A stretch of DNA of 64,000 bases from an uncultured Actinomycetes bacterium. GTDB taxonomy: Bacteria > Actinomycetota > JAICYB01. The notes beneath the pieces are model-generated. The model was not told the DNA's origin and ran no database searches. It was given only the letters and a program-made list of their open reading frames with translations. A program made the position numbers and the translations under genes. This document shows positions 44,346-53,173 of the stretch, piece by piece. The stretch spans positions 8,418 to 72,417 of the forward strand of contig CAZLKN010000007.1 of NCBI GenBank assembly GCA_964560135.1, given 5' to 3'. Within the stretch, counting starts at the first letter, position 1. Every line of letters starts with the position of its first letter.

Positions 44346-45493
44346 AGCTCACCCTCCCGCTCACTCCGCCATCCGACCTCGTCGCCCTGCCCGCCCGGCT
44401 CGTCCCCCTCTCCGTCCGGGGGGCCACCGGAAGGCTCGTGACCACGCTCCGTGGTCATATCGTCGGAGACATCACTCTGAGTGCCTTCCACTGCCGCCTC
44501 ACTCTCCGTGGTGGGTGGCTGCTCTTGGGGAACATGCCCTTCGGCCCCCTCCGGGAGATGCTGGTGGCCCACGATCAGATCGCGGGCCTTGGAGACCGCC
44601 CAGGCGGCCGGATTGGGACGTGAAGGTCCATCATCAGAACCTGGCCCATCCGCCGGCGGACTCTCCACCGGCGGTTCATCTGCCGGCAGATGCGCGTCCG
44701 GGCTCTCCGTCTGCGCCGCCTCCGGTTGAGGCGCCTTCAGGTGTCGGCCGTCGAATTCCTCCGCCAGCCACCGGTAGGCCATCGATCCCCGCGAACTGGG
44801 GTCGTACACGGTAGCCGGCTGCCCGTAAGAGGGCGCCTCGGACAGCCGGACGCTCCGAGGGATCACCGTGGAGAACACCCGTTCCCCGAAGTGTTGGCGG
44901 ACCTCCTCTGCCACTTGTTCCGACAACTTCGTCCGAGCGTCGTACATGGTCAGGACGATCCCGCCGATCTCGAGGCTCGGATTGAGTCCGGACCGCACGA
45001 GCTCGACGTTCCTGATGAGTTGGCTGAGACCCTCGAGAGCGTAATATTCGCATTGGATCGGGACGAGCATCCAATCCGCGGCCGTCAGTGCGTTCACGGT
45101 CAACAGCCCAAGAGAGGGTGGACAGTCCACGAGGATCGCGTCGTAGTCGGCGTCGAGGGTCTCCAGGGCCGTGCGCAGCTTGCTCTCCCGCGCGAACGCA
45201 GATACCAGCTCCAACTCCGCCCCGGCCAGGTCGATCGCGGACGGAAGCAGGAACAGGTTCTCGTAGGGCGTCCCCACCACGATCTCCGCCGGATCCCGGC
45301 TCCCGACGATCACATCGTAGACAGAAGCCTCTACCACTCTGTGGTCCACACCCACACCGGTGGTCGCGTTCGCCTGGGGATCGAGATCCACCAACAGGAT
45401 GCGTCGTCCGAGCTCCGCGAGGCACGCCGCGAGGTTCACGGCTGTGGTCGTCTTGCCCACCCCGCCCTTCTGGTTCGCGATGGCCACCCGCAT
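44342..45493 (-). CDS. parA: Chromosome partitioning ATPase ParA/Soj with a C-terminal acidic Pro-rich extension of about 125 aa
   Basis: Deviant Walker A: IANQKGGVGKTTTAVNLA. The core ends around residue 255. The same frame then continues for 125 residues rich in E/D/P/G up to the parB start. Confidence 0.9.
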   Translation of the reverse strand: MRVAIANQKGGVGKTTTAVNLAACLAELGRRILLVDLDPQANATTGVGVDHRVVEASVYDVIVGSRDPAEIVVGTPYENLFLLPSAIDLAGAELELVSAFARESKLRTALETLDADYDAILVDCPPSLGLLTVNALTAADWMLVPIQCEYYALEGLSQLIRNVELVRSGLNPSLEIGGIVLTMYDARTKLSEQVAEEVRQHFGERVFSTVIPRSVRLSEAPSYGQPATVYDPSSRGSMAYRWLAEEFDGRHLKAPQPEAAQTESPDAHLPADEPPVESPPADGPGSDDGPSRPNPAAWAVSKARDLIVGHQHLPEGAEGHVPQEQPPTTESEAAVEGTQSDVSDDMTTERGHEPSGGPPDGEGDEPGGQGDEVGWRSEREGEL

Positions 45494-45556
45494 ACTGATC
45501 CCCCTTCCGCCTCCGGGACCTCGTAGATCTCCCTGGAACGCACTCGCCTCAGACCG

Positions 45557-46279
45557 TCAGGACAACGGGCGGCGCGCAGGAACGCCGGCCCGCCTGGGGA
45601 AGCGTACGGGGCAGGTGTCGGTCTTCGGTACGATCACAGCCCATCTTGCCGCGTCCAACCCCGGGACCGCAAGAGATTCACGAAGAATCTCGCCTCCTCC
45701 GAGCTGAGCCGCGGCCGCGGCAGCGGCAGCGAGCGCCTCCGGTGTCACCGCCGCCGGCCCCACGGCCAGGATCGCGGCCCCGCCGGGCCGTACGAGGGGG
45801 AGGAGGAGTTCCAGGGCGACCGGTGGGGGAGCGAGGGCCCGGGCAACGGCTGTGCCGAAGTGCTCGCGGCGCTCCGGATCGCGTCCGAGGTCCTCGGCTC
45901 GCCCCCACACCACCTCCACGGCGAGACCCGCAGACGTCGCGGCCTCTTCGAGGAAGCGAACCTTCTTCTGTTCGGAGTCCACCAGCGTGGTCCGGCATCC
46001 GAGGGCGGCGAGGACGAGCCCTGGGAGCCCCGCTCCGGACCCCACGTCCACGAGCTCGCCTTCGCGTCCCACGAGCGGAAAGAGGGCAGCGGATTCCAGG
46101 ATGTGCCGGGTGAGGATCCGGGGTCCTTCCGCGGGACCAAGGATGCCCCGCTCTACGCCGGGCCCCTCCAGGAACGCCGCCAAGCGGGCCAGGCGATCGG
46201 CTGCGTCCTCGGCCGCGTCCCCCAGCGCCAGGCCCAGGCTCTGGAGCCCCTGGAGGACCGTTGTTTCACGTGCTACCAT
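45557..46279 (-). CDS. rsmG: 16S rRNA (guanine527-N7)-methyltransferase RsmG (GidB)
   Basis: Trimmed to the ATG at 46279. SAM motif LVDVGSGAGLPGLVLA, 240 aa. Confidence 0.85.
   Translation of the reverse strand: MVARETTVLQGLQSLGLALGDAAEDAADRLARLAAFLEGPGVERGILGPAEGPRILTRHILESAALFPLVGREGELVDVGSGAGLPGLVLAALGCRTTLVDSEQKKVRFLEEAATSAGLAVEVVWGRAEDLGRDPERREHFGTAVARALAPPPVALELLLPLVRPGGAAILAVGPAAVTPEALAAAAAAAAQLGGGEILRESLAVPGLDAARWAVIVPKTDTCPVRFPRRAGVPARRPLS
46262..46277. promoter_or_regulatory. parS-like site (13/16 match)
   Basis: TGTTTCACGTGCTACC against the consensus TGTTTCACGTGAAACA. The left half is perfect and the right half degenerate. It abuts the rsmG start codon. Confidence 0.3.
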
Positions 46280-46321
46280 ACGGTGTAACAACTCCAGCTG
46301 GTCAGGACAGGGAGGCGTGCG

Positions 46322-46693
46322 ATGGATGCCGGAAGGGGCCGGTCGGGCCCGACGGAACTCGAACTCGGGATCCTTCTCGGGGTTCTGGTCGGAGAGGGAA
46401 GCTTCGGCGGGGACGGTCGCCAGCCCCAGATCACCGTCCGGATGCACGTGCGCCACGAGGCACTGTTCCATCTACTGCAACGCATCGTCGTGGGCTCCCG
46501 CCTGTACGGACCCTACAACCATTCGGGGCGAGAGTACTTCCAGTGGTCGGTCCGTGGACAGGCACTCAGGCGTCTGGTCCCGATCATCGACCCCCACCTG
46601 ACCCCGGAACTCGACGAACACGCGGCTGCCCGGTACCGCCGCATGAAGGACACCTACGGACGCTTCCTCGGCCTGCCCGAGCCTTCGGGATGA
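46322..46693 (+). CDS. Small free-standing LAGLIDADG-like (homing-endonuclease fold) protein, 123 aa
   Basis: ELELGILLGVLVGEGSFGG resembles the LAGLIDADG helix plus the G-x-F turn. It is followed by ITVRMHVRHEALFHLLQRIV-GSRLYG...YFQWSVRGQALRRLVPII, the usual strand/helix pattern of this fold. It lies on the opposite strand to all neighbours. Confidence 0.5.
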   Translation: MDAGRGRSGPTELELGILLGVLVGEGSFGGDGRQPQITVRMHVRHEALFHLLQRIVVGSRLYGPYNHSGREYFQWSVRGQALRRLVPIIDPHLTPELDEHAAARYRRMKDTYGRFLGLPEPSG

Positions 46694-46767
46694 CGCCTCG
46701 CGTGCGGTGGGGTGGGTCGACCAACAGCTCCAAGCTCACGGCCATCACCAGGAGCTTGTGAATCAGT

Positions 46768-47520
46768 TCACGAGCGGTCGTCGTTCTCCCGATCCTGGCG
46801 GTCCCGGCCCCCGGGCCCCCGGCGCCGGCCGCGGCGCCGTTCCCAGTAGGCCTCCACGTCGACCACCACCGCCTGCCGGGTCCTGAGCTTCCGCTGCACA
46901 CCCGCTCTGACCAGCTCCTGGAGCGCCTCGAGCGTTGCCCCTCCACGCCCGATCAGGATCCCCATGTCATCCCCGAAGATCTCCACGTACACGGTGCCGC
47001 CGGAGGCGCGCGTCGTGACCTCGCCGTCCAGGCCCATCCGCTGCAGTACGCCGCGCACCATCTCTCCCCCGACCTCCATCGCCTGCTCCTGGCGCTCGGC
47101 GAGCGAGAGCTGGTCCTCGTCCTCGGTTTCCTGCACCCGCGGCTCGGCGGCCGCCGGCTCGGCACGATCGGGGGAAGGCTCAGCCACGGCCTCCCGAGCT
47201 GGGGCCGGAGCCGGTGGCTCCGCCTCCTCGGGTGGCGGAGGCCGTTCGGGGGCCGCCGGCTCGGGTTCCTCCGGGGCCGGAGGCTGTTCGGGGGCCGGGG
47301 CGGGCCGGGGCCGGTCGTCCCGGAACGCCGACCGCACGTCCACCGCCTCGCTGCGAGGCCGCACCCGGACGAGCGCGGGCTCTCCACCCAGCCCGAACAG
47401 GCCTTTCGCGCCCTCGCGCAACACCTCGACCTCGAGCTCGGACTCGGGAAGCCTCGCCGCGGCGATCGCCGCCGCCCGGGCCTCTTCCACGCTCCGGCCT
47501 TCCTTCTCGATCCACGGCAT
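46768..47520 (-). CDS. jag: Jag/SpoIIIJ-associated RNA-binding protein (Jag_N, KH, R3H)
   Basis: Trimmed to MPWIEKEGRSVEEA. A PE/PA-rich linker is followed by KH-like ILIGRGGATLEALQELV and a C-terminal R3H region. Confidence 0.8.
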   Translation of the reverse strand: MPWIEKEGRSVEEARAAAIAAARLPESELEVEVLREGAKGLFGLGGEPALVRVRPRSEAVDVRSAFRDDRPRPAPAPEQPPAPEEPEPAAPERPPPPEEAEPPAPAPAREAVAEPSPDRAEPAAAEPRVQETEDEDQLSLAERQEQAMEVGGEMVRGVLQRMGLDGEVTTRASGGTVYVEIFGDDMGILIGRGGATLEALQELVRAGVQRKLRTRQAVVVDVEAYWERRRGRRRGPGGRDRQDRENDDRS

Positions 47521-47537
47521 CGTCTGGTCTCCTGCGT

Positions 47538-48389
47538 TCAGCGCTTGCGGTTCGGCTTGGTCTGCTTGCCTTTGAGCTCCCGGGCCTTGATCTGCTTGCC
47601 CTTCGCGGGCTGGCTCGGCTTCGCCGGCTTGGACGGGGGAGGTTCGGGCAGCTTGGACCCCCGCAGCATGATCGTCTGTTGGGCGAACTGGTAGACGTTC
47701 TGCGTCGCCCAGTACAGCACCAGACCGGCGGGGAACTGGAGCATGATGAAAACGAAGAACAACGGCATGAGCTGCATGATCTTCTGCTGTTGCGGGTTCT
47801 GACCCGTGCGCATCTGCCGCATCGACAGGAAGCTGGTCACGGTCATCAGCGCCAGCAGCAACCACCCGGCGGGGCTCGAACTGGCACCGTGGGCGAGGTC
47901 GCCGATGCCGAGGAACGGCATCTCGGGCACGAGGCCGCGCTGCTGCGCCAGGTCGAGGATCGACCGGCCCGTATCCTCGGCGATCGGCTGCAGCCGCTCC
48001 GCGATCTCGCCGGGCACCTGGGTCAGGTTCCGGATCGCGTAGAACATCGCGAACAGGATCGGGCCCTGGGCGATCATCGGCAGACAGCCCCCGAGCGGGT
48101 TCACACCCTCCCGCTTGTAGAGCTCCATCATCTCCTGGTTCAGCCGCTGGCGGTCCTTCTTGTACTTCTGCTGGAGCCGCTTCATCTCCGGCTGGAGCCG
48201 CTGCATCGCCTGCATGGATCGGATCTGTTTCACGGCGAGCGGCAGCACCAACGTCCGCACGATCAGCGTGAGAACGACGATCGCCGCCGCCCACTGGTGC
48301 GATCCGAGGAAGGAGAAAGCATCGGCCAGGGTCTGGAGGCCCGTGGCGAACAGCGCCACGAACTCGTTCCAGATCTGCAACGGGCTCAT
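47538..48389 (-). CDS. yidC: Membrane protein insertase YidC
   Basis: [12 protein letters not shown]...KQ-x-x-SM-x-x-MQ-x-LQPE and NPLGGCLPM-x-x-Q-x-PI motifs. Confidence 0.9.
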   Translation of the reverse strand: MSPLQIWNEFVALFATGLQTLADAFSFLGSHQWAAAIVVLTLIVRTLVLPLAVKQIRSMQAMQRLQPEMKRLQQKYKKDRQRLNQEMMELYKREGVNPLGGCLPMIAQGPILFAMFYAIRNLTQVPGEIAERLQPIAEDTGRSILDLAQQRGLVPEMPFLGIGDLAHGASSSPAGWLLLALMTVTSFLSMRQMRTGQNPQQQKIMQLMPLFFVFIMLQFPAGLVLYWATQNVYQFAQQTIMLRGSKLPEPPPSKPAKPSQPAKGKQIKARELKGKQTKPNRKR

Positions 48390-48667
48390 TCGCCGCTCCG
48401 CGCCGCGACGCGCTCCCGGTCGGACCGCTCATGGCGCCAGGTGAAGTCCGCCGGCAGGGGATCCATCCCTCCGTCGTGCCACGGGTGGCAGCGCAGAACC
48501 CGCCGGAGGGCCAGGTAGGCTCCCCGCACCGCCCCGAAGCGCGACAGCGCCTCGATCGCGTACTGGGAGCAGGTTGGATGGAAGCGGCACCGGGAGCCGA
48601 GCAGGGGAGAGATCAGGCGCTGATAGCCGCGCAATCCCGCGACCATCAGCCGAGCCGGGTATCTCAT
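48386..48667 (-). CDS. yidD: Membrane protein insertion efficiency factor YidD
   Basis: [23 protein letters not shown]. 4-nt overlaps with rnpA and yidC. Confidence 0.9.
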   Translation of the reverse strand: MRYPARLMVAGLRGYQRLISPLLGSRCRFHPTCSQYAIEALSRFGAVRGAYLALRRVLRCHPWHDGGMDPLPADFTWRHERSDRERVAARSGE

Positions 48668-49032
48668 GTCGAGGTGTGTCCTTCTGTCGTCTGTGGTGTG
48701 GTGAGCCCTGCCCGAGTCGCTGCTTCCGTGAATGCCCGTCGAAGTTCGACCAGGTCGGCTTCGGCCGCCGGTCCGCGAGCCACGACGACCATGTCGACCC
48801 CCGGCGCGAACCGCGGGATCAGTGGCCGCACGGCCTCCCTCAGGAGCCGCTTGACGCGATTCCGAACGACGGCTCCCCCGATCCTGCGGGTCACCGCCAA
48901 GCCGATCCTGGGGGGTTCCCGTACGTCCCGGTCCAGATGGTACAGCACCAGTTCGGGACGGGCCACCGAGGCCCCCTCGTGGATCACGCGCTTGAAGTCA
49001 CGCGACGAGCGGAGTCGGTGGACGCGCTTCAC
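48664..49032 (-). CDS. rnpA: Ribonuclease P protein component
   Basis: [11 protein letters not shown] and [11 protein letters not shown] motifs, located downstream of rpmH. Confidence 0.85.
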   Translation of the reverse strand: MKRVHRLRSSRDFKRVIHEGASVARPELVLYHLDRDVREPPRIGLAVTRRIGGAVVRNRVKRLLREAVRPLIPRFAPGVDMVVVARGPAAEADLVELRRAFTEAATRAGLTTPQTTEGHTST

Positions 49033-49064
49033 GGGCCCTCACCGCGACGACCGGGCCCGGGGGA

Positions 49065-49199
49065 TCAGGCGCTCAGACGGTGGCGGCCCTTCTCCCGCCG
49101 GCGGCGAATGACGGCCCGCCCGCCTGGTTTGCGCATGCGCTTGCGGAAGCCGTGGGTGCGGCTCCGGCGCCTGTTGTGTGGCTGGTAGGTCCTCTTCAT
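49065..49199 (-). CDS. rpmH: 50S ribosomal protein L34
   Basis: Trimmed to [44 protein letters not shown] (44 aa). Confidence 0.95.
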   Translation of the reverse strand: MKRTYQPHNRRRSRTHGFRKRMRKPGGRAVIRRRREKGRHRLSA

Positions 49200-49274
49200 G
49201 ACGCGATTTCCCCGGGTCGGCGTACTTGCGGTCCTAGCAGGGTACATGCAGCGAAACCCCTGGTCAACCGGGGA

Positions 49275-49305
49275 TTGACAAGTCCGTGTCCCACGGCGGT
49301 AGTAT
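49275..49305 (+). promoter_or_regulatory. Candidate dnaA promoter
   Basis: TTGACA (49275..49280), 19 nt, TAGTAT (49300..49305). The spacer is longer than ideal. Confidence 0.35.
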
Positions 49306-49364
49306 GCACCCGCTCCGGGTGACGGAGCCGCGGCCTCCGGGCCGCGTTTCTGCGTTCAAGGGCG

Positions 49365-49396
49365 GTTTCCACACCTGTGGAGAGAGCTGTGGATAT
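49365..49396. promoter_or_regulatory. Cluster of three DnaA-box-like 9-mers just upstream of the dnaA start
   Basis: GTTTCCACA (plus strand), CTCTCCACA and ATATCCACA (minus strand), against the consensus TT(A/G)TCCACA. Confidence 0.5.
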
Positions 49397-49424
49397 GTCG
49401 GCGAACACGCTGGGGGGAGGGCCA

Positions 49425-50789
49425 ATGGCACCCACCGAAGCCCAGGTCGTCTGGGAACAGTGCCTCACCGCCGTACGGGAACGGTTGTCCACACCGGCCT
49501 CCCGCGCCTGGTTCGAGGAGACCGAACCGGTCTCACTCAGCCAGGAGGCCATCACACTGTGCGCACCCCACTCCTTCGCCAAGGAATGGCTCGAGCAGCG
49601 CTACGCCGGGCTGCTTCAGGAGACACTGAACAGGGCCGCCGGTCGCGAGCTCCGCGTCGAAATCGTCACACAGAACGGAGGTTCGCCCCAGCCGGTCCCT
49701 GCGATGCCTCCGCCGCCGGTCCCCGCGGCCCCGGCCCCCGAGGAGCAGGAGGACCAGGCTGCCCTCAGCCCCCGCTACACCTTCGAGACCTTCGTGATCG
49801 GTCCCTCGAACCGTTTCGCCCACGCCGCCGCCATGGCCGTGGCCGAGGCCCCCGCCAGCGCCTACAATCCGCTGTTCGTCTACGGGGGAGCGGGGCTCGG
49901 CAAGACCCACCTCCTGCATTCCATCGGGCGGCACAGCCAGGTCCTCTACCCGCACCTGACCGTGAAGTACGTGAGCTCGGAGCGGTTCATGAACGAGTTC
50001 ATCAACGCGATCAAGGACGACCGCAGCGAGGCCTTCCAGCGCAAGTACCGGGAGAACGACATCCTCCTGGTGGACGACATCCAGTTCCTGGAGAACAAGG
50101 AACGCACCCAGGAGGAGTTCTTCCACACGTTCAACGCGCTGCACAACGCCAACCGGCAGATCATCATCTCGTCCGACCGGCCCCCCAAGAAGATCGCCAC
50201 GCTCGAGGACCGGCTGCGCTCCCGGTTCGAGTGGGGGCTGATCACCGACATCCAGCCCCCTGACCTCGAGACCCGCATCGCGATCCTGCGCAAGAAAGCG
50301 GAGATGGACCATCTGACCGTCCCCGAGGAGGTCATGTACTACATCGCCTCGCGGGTCGAGTCCAACATCCGGGAGCTGGAAGGAGCCCTGATCAGGGCCA
50401 TCGCCTACGCCTCGCTGAATCAGACGACGGTCACCCTCGACCTCGCCGAGGAGGTGCTGGGGCACCTGTTCCCTTCCGCCGCCGCCGAGCCCGTACGGGT
50501 GGACACCATCCTCGGGGAGACGGCCGCCTACTTCGGGGTGACCGTGGACGACCTCCGCTCCCAGAACCGCTCACGACCCATCGTGCAGGCTCGCCAGATC
50601 GGCATGTACCTGGTGCGCGACCTCACGGATCTGTCGCTGCCCAAGATCGGCGAGGTGTTCGGGGGCCGCGACCACACCACGGTCCTGCACGCCAACCAGA
50701 AGGTCCTGAACATGATGTCGGAGAAGCGCGTGGTCTATCACCAGGTCCAGGACCTCACCGCGCGCATCAGGAAACGGTCGGGAAGCTAG
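49425..50789 (+). CDS. dnaA: Chromosomal replication initiator DnaA
   Basis: I chose the start at ATG 49425 ([12 protein letters not shown] 3 nt upstream), not track position 49377, which lies inside the DnaA-box cluster. AAA+ motifs [11 protein letters not shown] and LLVDDIQF are present, with a C-terminal DNA-binding domain (HTTVLHA). Confidence 0.95.
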   Translation: MAPTEAQVVWEQCLTAVRERLSTPASRAWFEETEPVSLSQEAITLCAPHSFAKEWLEQRYAGLLQETLNRAAGRELRVEIVTQNGGSPQPVPAMPPPPVPAAPAPEEQEDQAALSPRYTFETFVIGPSNRFAHAAAMAVAEAPASAYNPLFVYGGAGLGKTHLLHSIGRHSQVLYPHLTVKYVSSERFMNEFINAIKDDRSEAFQRKYRENDILLVDDIQFLENKERTQEEFFHTFNALHNANRQIIISSDRPPKKIATLEDRLRSRFEWGLITDIQPPDLETRIAILRKKAEMDHLTVPEEVMYYIASRVESNIRELEGALIRAIAYASLNQTTVTLDLAEEVLGHLFPSAAAEPVRVDTILGETAAYFGVTVDDLRSQNRSRPIVQARQIGMYLVRDLTDLSLPKIGEVFGGRDHTTVLHANQKVLNMMSEKRVVYHQVQDLTARIRKRSGS

Positions 50790-51025
50790 GTCCACAGGGC
50801 CTGGGGACGAGCTGGGGACGGAGGACTGACGATGGTGGACAACTTCACGGCTACGCACACGGAGCCCAAAGATGTCCCCAGCCGTCCCGATACTGTCCCC
50901 AGCCGGTGGAGGGCACGTGACCTGGGAACAGAGGTGGTTACCCACAGCGTGCACAGGACTTACTACTGCTGCTACCTGAGAGATGTATTTGAGAAGGAAC
51001 AGAGAACCGACCCGGGAGGGAAGCG
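50790..51025. other. Probable oriC (dnaA-dnaN intergenic)
   Basis: Box-like 9-mers: AGGTCCACA (50787..50795), TTGTCCACC (minus strand, 50833..50841) and TTACCCACA (50937..50945). There are two CTGGGGACG direct repeats (50800, 50811) and two TGTCCCCAGCCG repeats 21 nt apart (50872, 50893). The AT-richest stretch, GAGATGTATTTGAGAAGGAACAGAGAA, is at 50979..51005. Confidence 0.6.
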
Positions 51026-52108
51026 ATGAAGCTCGTATGCCCCCGTGAAGAACTGTCGCGAGGACTCCAGACCGTTCTGCGTAGCGTCGGCGCCAGAGCG
51101 GGCATCCCGGCGTTGTCGGGGGTCCTGGTTGAGCTCACCGACCAGGACCTGCGGCTCACGACCACCGACCTCGAGCTGACGACGAGGGTGCGGGTGCCGG
51201 TCACCGGAGAGGCGGGCAAGGTCGTCGTCCCCGCCCGGCTGCTTGCGGAGATCGTGCGCAATCTGCCGTCGGACGACGTGGAGCTGGTGGTGGAGGACGG
51301 CACGGTGAAGGTCGCCGGAGGCCGTGCCCGGTTCGGGTTGCGTTCGCTGGCGGCCGAGGACTTCCCGCGCACCGAGCTCACCGGCGAGACCACGACGTTC
51401 AAGGTCGAAGGCGACCTGCTGGCCGGTGCGCTGAACCAGGTCGCCCCGGCAGCTTCACGGGACGAGACCCGCCCGGTGCTGACGGGGGTCCTGTTCGAAG
51501 GAGAGGGCGAGGGGCTGCGGATCGTCGCCACCGACTCCTACCGCCTCGCCGTGCGCAAGGTGGCCGTTGCGGGGGCGTCGGGGATGAAGATGCTGGCTCC
51601 GGCCCGGGCCGTGGTGGAGGTGGCGCGGATCGCCGCCGGTCAGACCGTGGAGATCCAGGTCTCGGCCTCCCAGGTCAGCTTCCAGGCCGGTGACGTGGTG
51701 GTCCAGAGTCGGCTGATCGAAGGCGAGTTTCCCGCCTACCGGCAGCTGCTCCCGGAGGACCTGCCCAATACGCTCGAGGTCGAGCGGGACCCCTTCATCC
51801 AGGCGCTGCGGCGTGTGGCCGTGCTGGCCCAGGACGCCACCCCGGTGTTCCTCGAGCTGGAACCGGACCGCGTGCGGATGGTCTGCCAGGCACAGGGGCT
51901 GGGGGAGGCCGCCGAGGAGGCCGACGGGCAGTACACGGGCGAGCAGGTGCGGATCGCGTTCAACCCCGGCTACCTCGAGGCGGGGGTGACCGCCTGCGAT
52001 CAGGACCGTGTGAAACTCGAGTTGTCCGATCCGCAGCGTCCGGCTCTGATCCGGGGCGTCGAGGAGCAGGAGTTCGTGTACCTGCTGATGCCGATCCGGG
52101 TGTCGTAG
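51026..52108 (+). CDS. dnaN: DNA polymerase III beta sliding clamp
   Basis: 360 aa. Typical start MKLVCPREEL..L..V and three-domain length. Position after dnaA. Confidence 0.9.
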   Translation: MKLVCPREELSRGLQTVLRSVGARAGIPALSGVLVELTDQDLRLTTTDLELTTRVRVPVTGEAGKVVVPARLLAEIVRNLPSDDVELVVEDGTVKVAGGRARFGLRSLAAEDFPRTELTGETTTFKVEGDLLAGALNQVAPAASRDETRPVLTGVLFEGEGEGLRIVATDSYRLAVRKVAVAGASGMKMLAPARAVVEVARIAAGQTVEIQVSASQVSFQAGDVVVQSRLIEGEFPAYRQLLPEDLPNTLEVERDPFIQALRRVAVLAQDATPVFLELEPDRVRMVCQAQGLGEAAEEADGQYTGEQVRIAFNPGYLEAGVTACDQDRVKLELSDPQRPALIRGVEEQEFVYLLMPIRVS

Positions 52109-52114
52109 AGGCGC

Positions 52115-53173
52115 ATGTCGATCGCGCTCCTGCGGATCTGGAACCTGCGGAACTACCGGGAAACCGAGTTCCGTCCGGCAGCGGGAACCACGATGCTGAC
52201 CGGGGAGAACGGTTCGGGGAAGACCAGCCTGCTGGAGGCCGCATCGCTGTTCTCGACGTTGTCCTCACCCCGGACCGGTCACATGGGGGCCCTGGTGCGG
52301 GAGGGAGAACCCGAAGGCGGGACGAGGATGGAGACCGTGGAGGGGATGCTCCTGGAGGTGCGGATCCGGGGGGGCCGGACCCTCCTGCGCGCGGGAGGGG
52401 TGGGTGTGGCCGCCAAGGGATTCCTCGGACGGTTCCGCTCGGTGCTGTTCACCCCGGAGGACCTGGACCTCGTACGGGGGGAGCCGGAGCTCCGGCGGCG
52501 GGCCCTGGACGACCTCCTGATCCAGTTCCGGCCGGGGTACCGCGCCGTACGCCAGGAGTTCGAACGATCCCTGCGCCAGCGCAATGCAGCGCTCCGTCAC
52601 GGCCGGGAACAGGATGCCGCCCTGTACGACATGCCGCTGGCGACCGCAGGGGCGCAGGTCCTGGAGTCCCGGAGACGGGTGGTGGAGGAGCTCCGTCCGG
52701 TGGCGGTGGAGCTCTACACCGAGATGGCGGGCCGCGGACGGCTCGGGTTGTCCTACCGGGACACCTCGGGGGACGAGGGGTCGGTGGGATCCGATCTCGT
52801 GGACCATCTGCTCGGGCGCTACGCCGAGACCCTGCAGCGGGACCTCGAACGCGGACGCACCGGCATCGGCCCCCACCGTGACGATCTGGAGGTGGGGATC
52901 GACGGGCGCCCGGCCCGTACCCACGCCTCGCGGGGGGAGCAGCGCTCCGCGACCCTCGCGTTCCGCCTCGCCGAGCTCCGGCTGCTGCCCGAGGCCGTGC
53001 TCCTGCTCGACGACGTCCTCTCGGAGTTGGATCCCGACCGAAGACGACGCGTGTTCGAGGTCACCGGGTCGACGCAGACCGTCGTCACGGCGACCGACCG
53101 CGACATCCTGCCACCCGCAGTGAAGGTCGACGCCTGGTGGCATGTGGACGGGGGCGAGCTGCATGTCGCGTGA
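52115..53173 (+). CDS. recF: DNA replication/repair protein RecF
   Basis: Walker A GENGSGKTSLLEA and signature SRGEQRS, with LLLDDVLSELD. Confidence 0.9.
   Translation: MSIALLRIWNLRNYRETEFRPAAGTTMLTGENGSGKTSLLEAASLFSTLSSPRTGHMGALVREGEPEGGTRMETVEGMLLEVRIRGGRTLLRAGGVGVAAKGFLGRFRSVLFTPEDLDLVRGEPELRRRALDDLLIQFRPGYRAVRQEFERSLRQRNAALRHGREQDAALYDMPLATAGAQVLESRRRVVEELRPVAVELYTEMAGRGRLGLSYRDTSGDEGSVGSDLVDHLLGRYAETLQRDLERGRTGIGPHRDDLEVGIDGRPARTHASRGEQRSATLAFRLAELRLLPEAVLLLDDVLSELDPDRRRRVFEVTGSTQTVVTATDRDILPPAVKVDAWWHVDGGELHVA

Noticed and set aside
46768-48432. 554-aa minus-strand ORF suggesting a giant Jag protein
   Set aside because: Only the last 250 codons (from MPWIEKEG) are Jag-like. The upstream part overlaps yidC in a different frame and is Arg/Pro/Ala junk.
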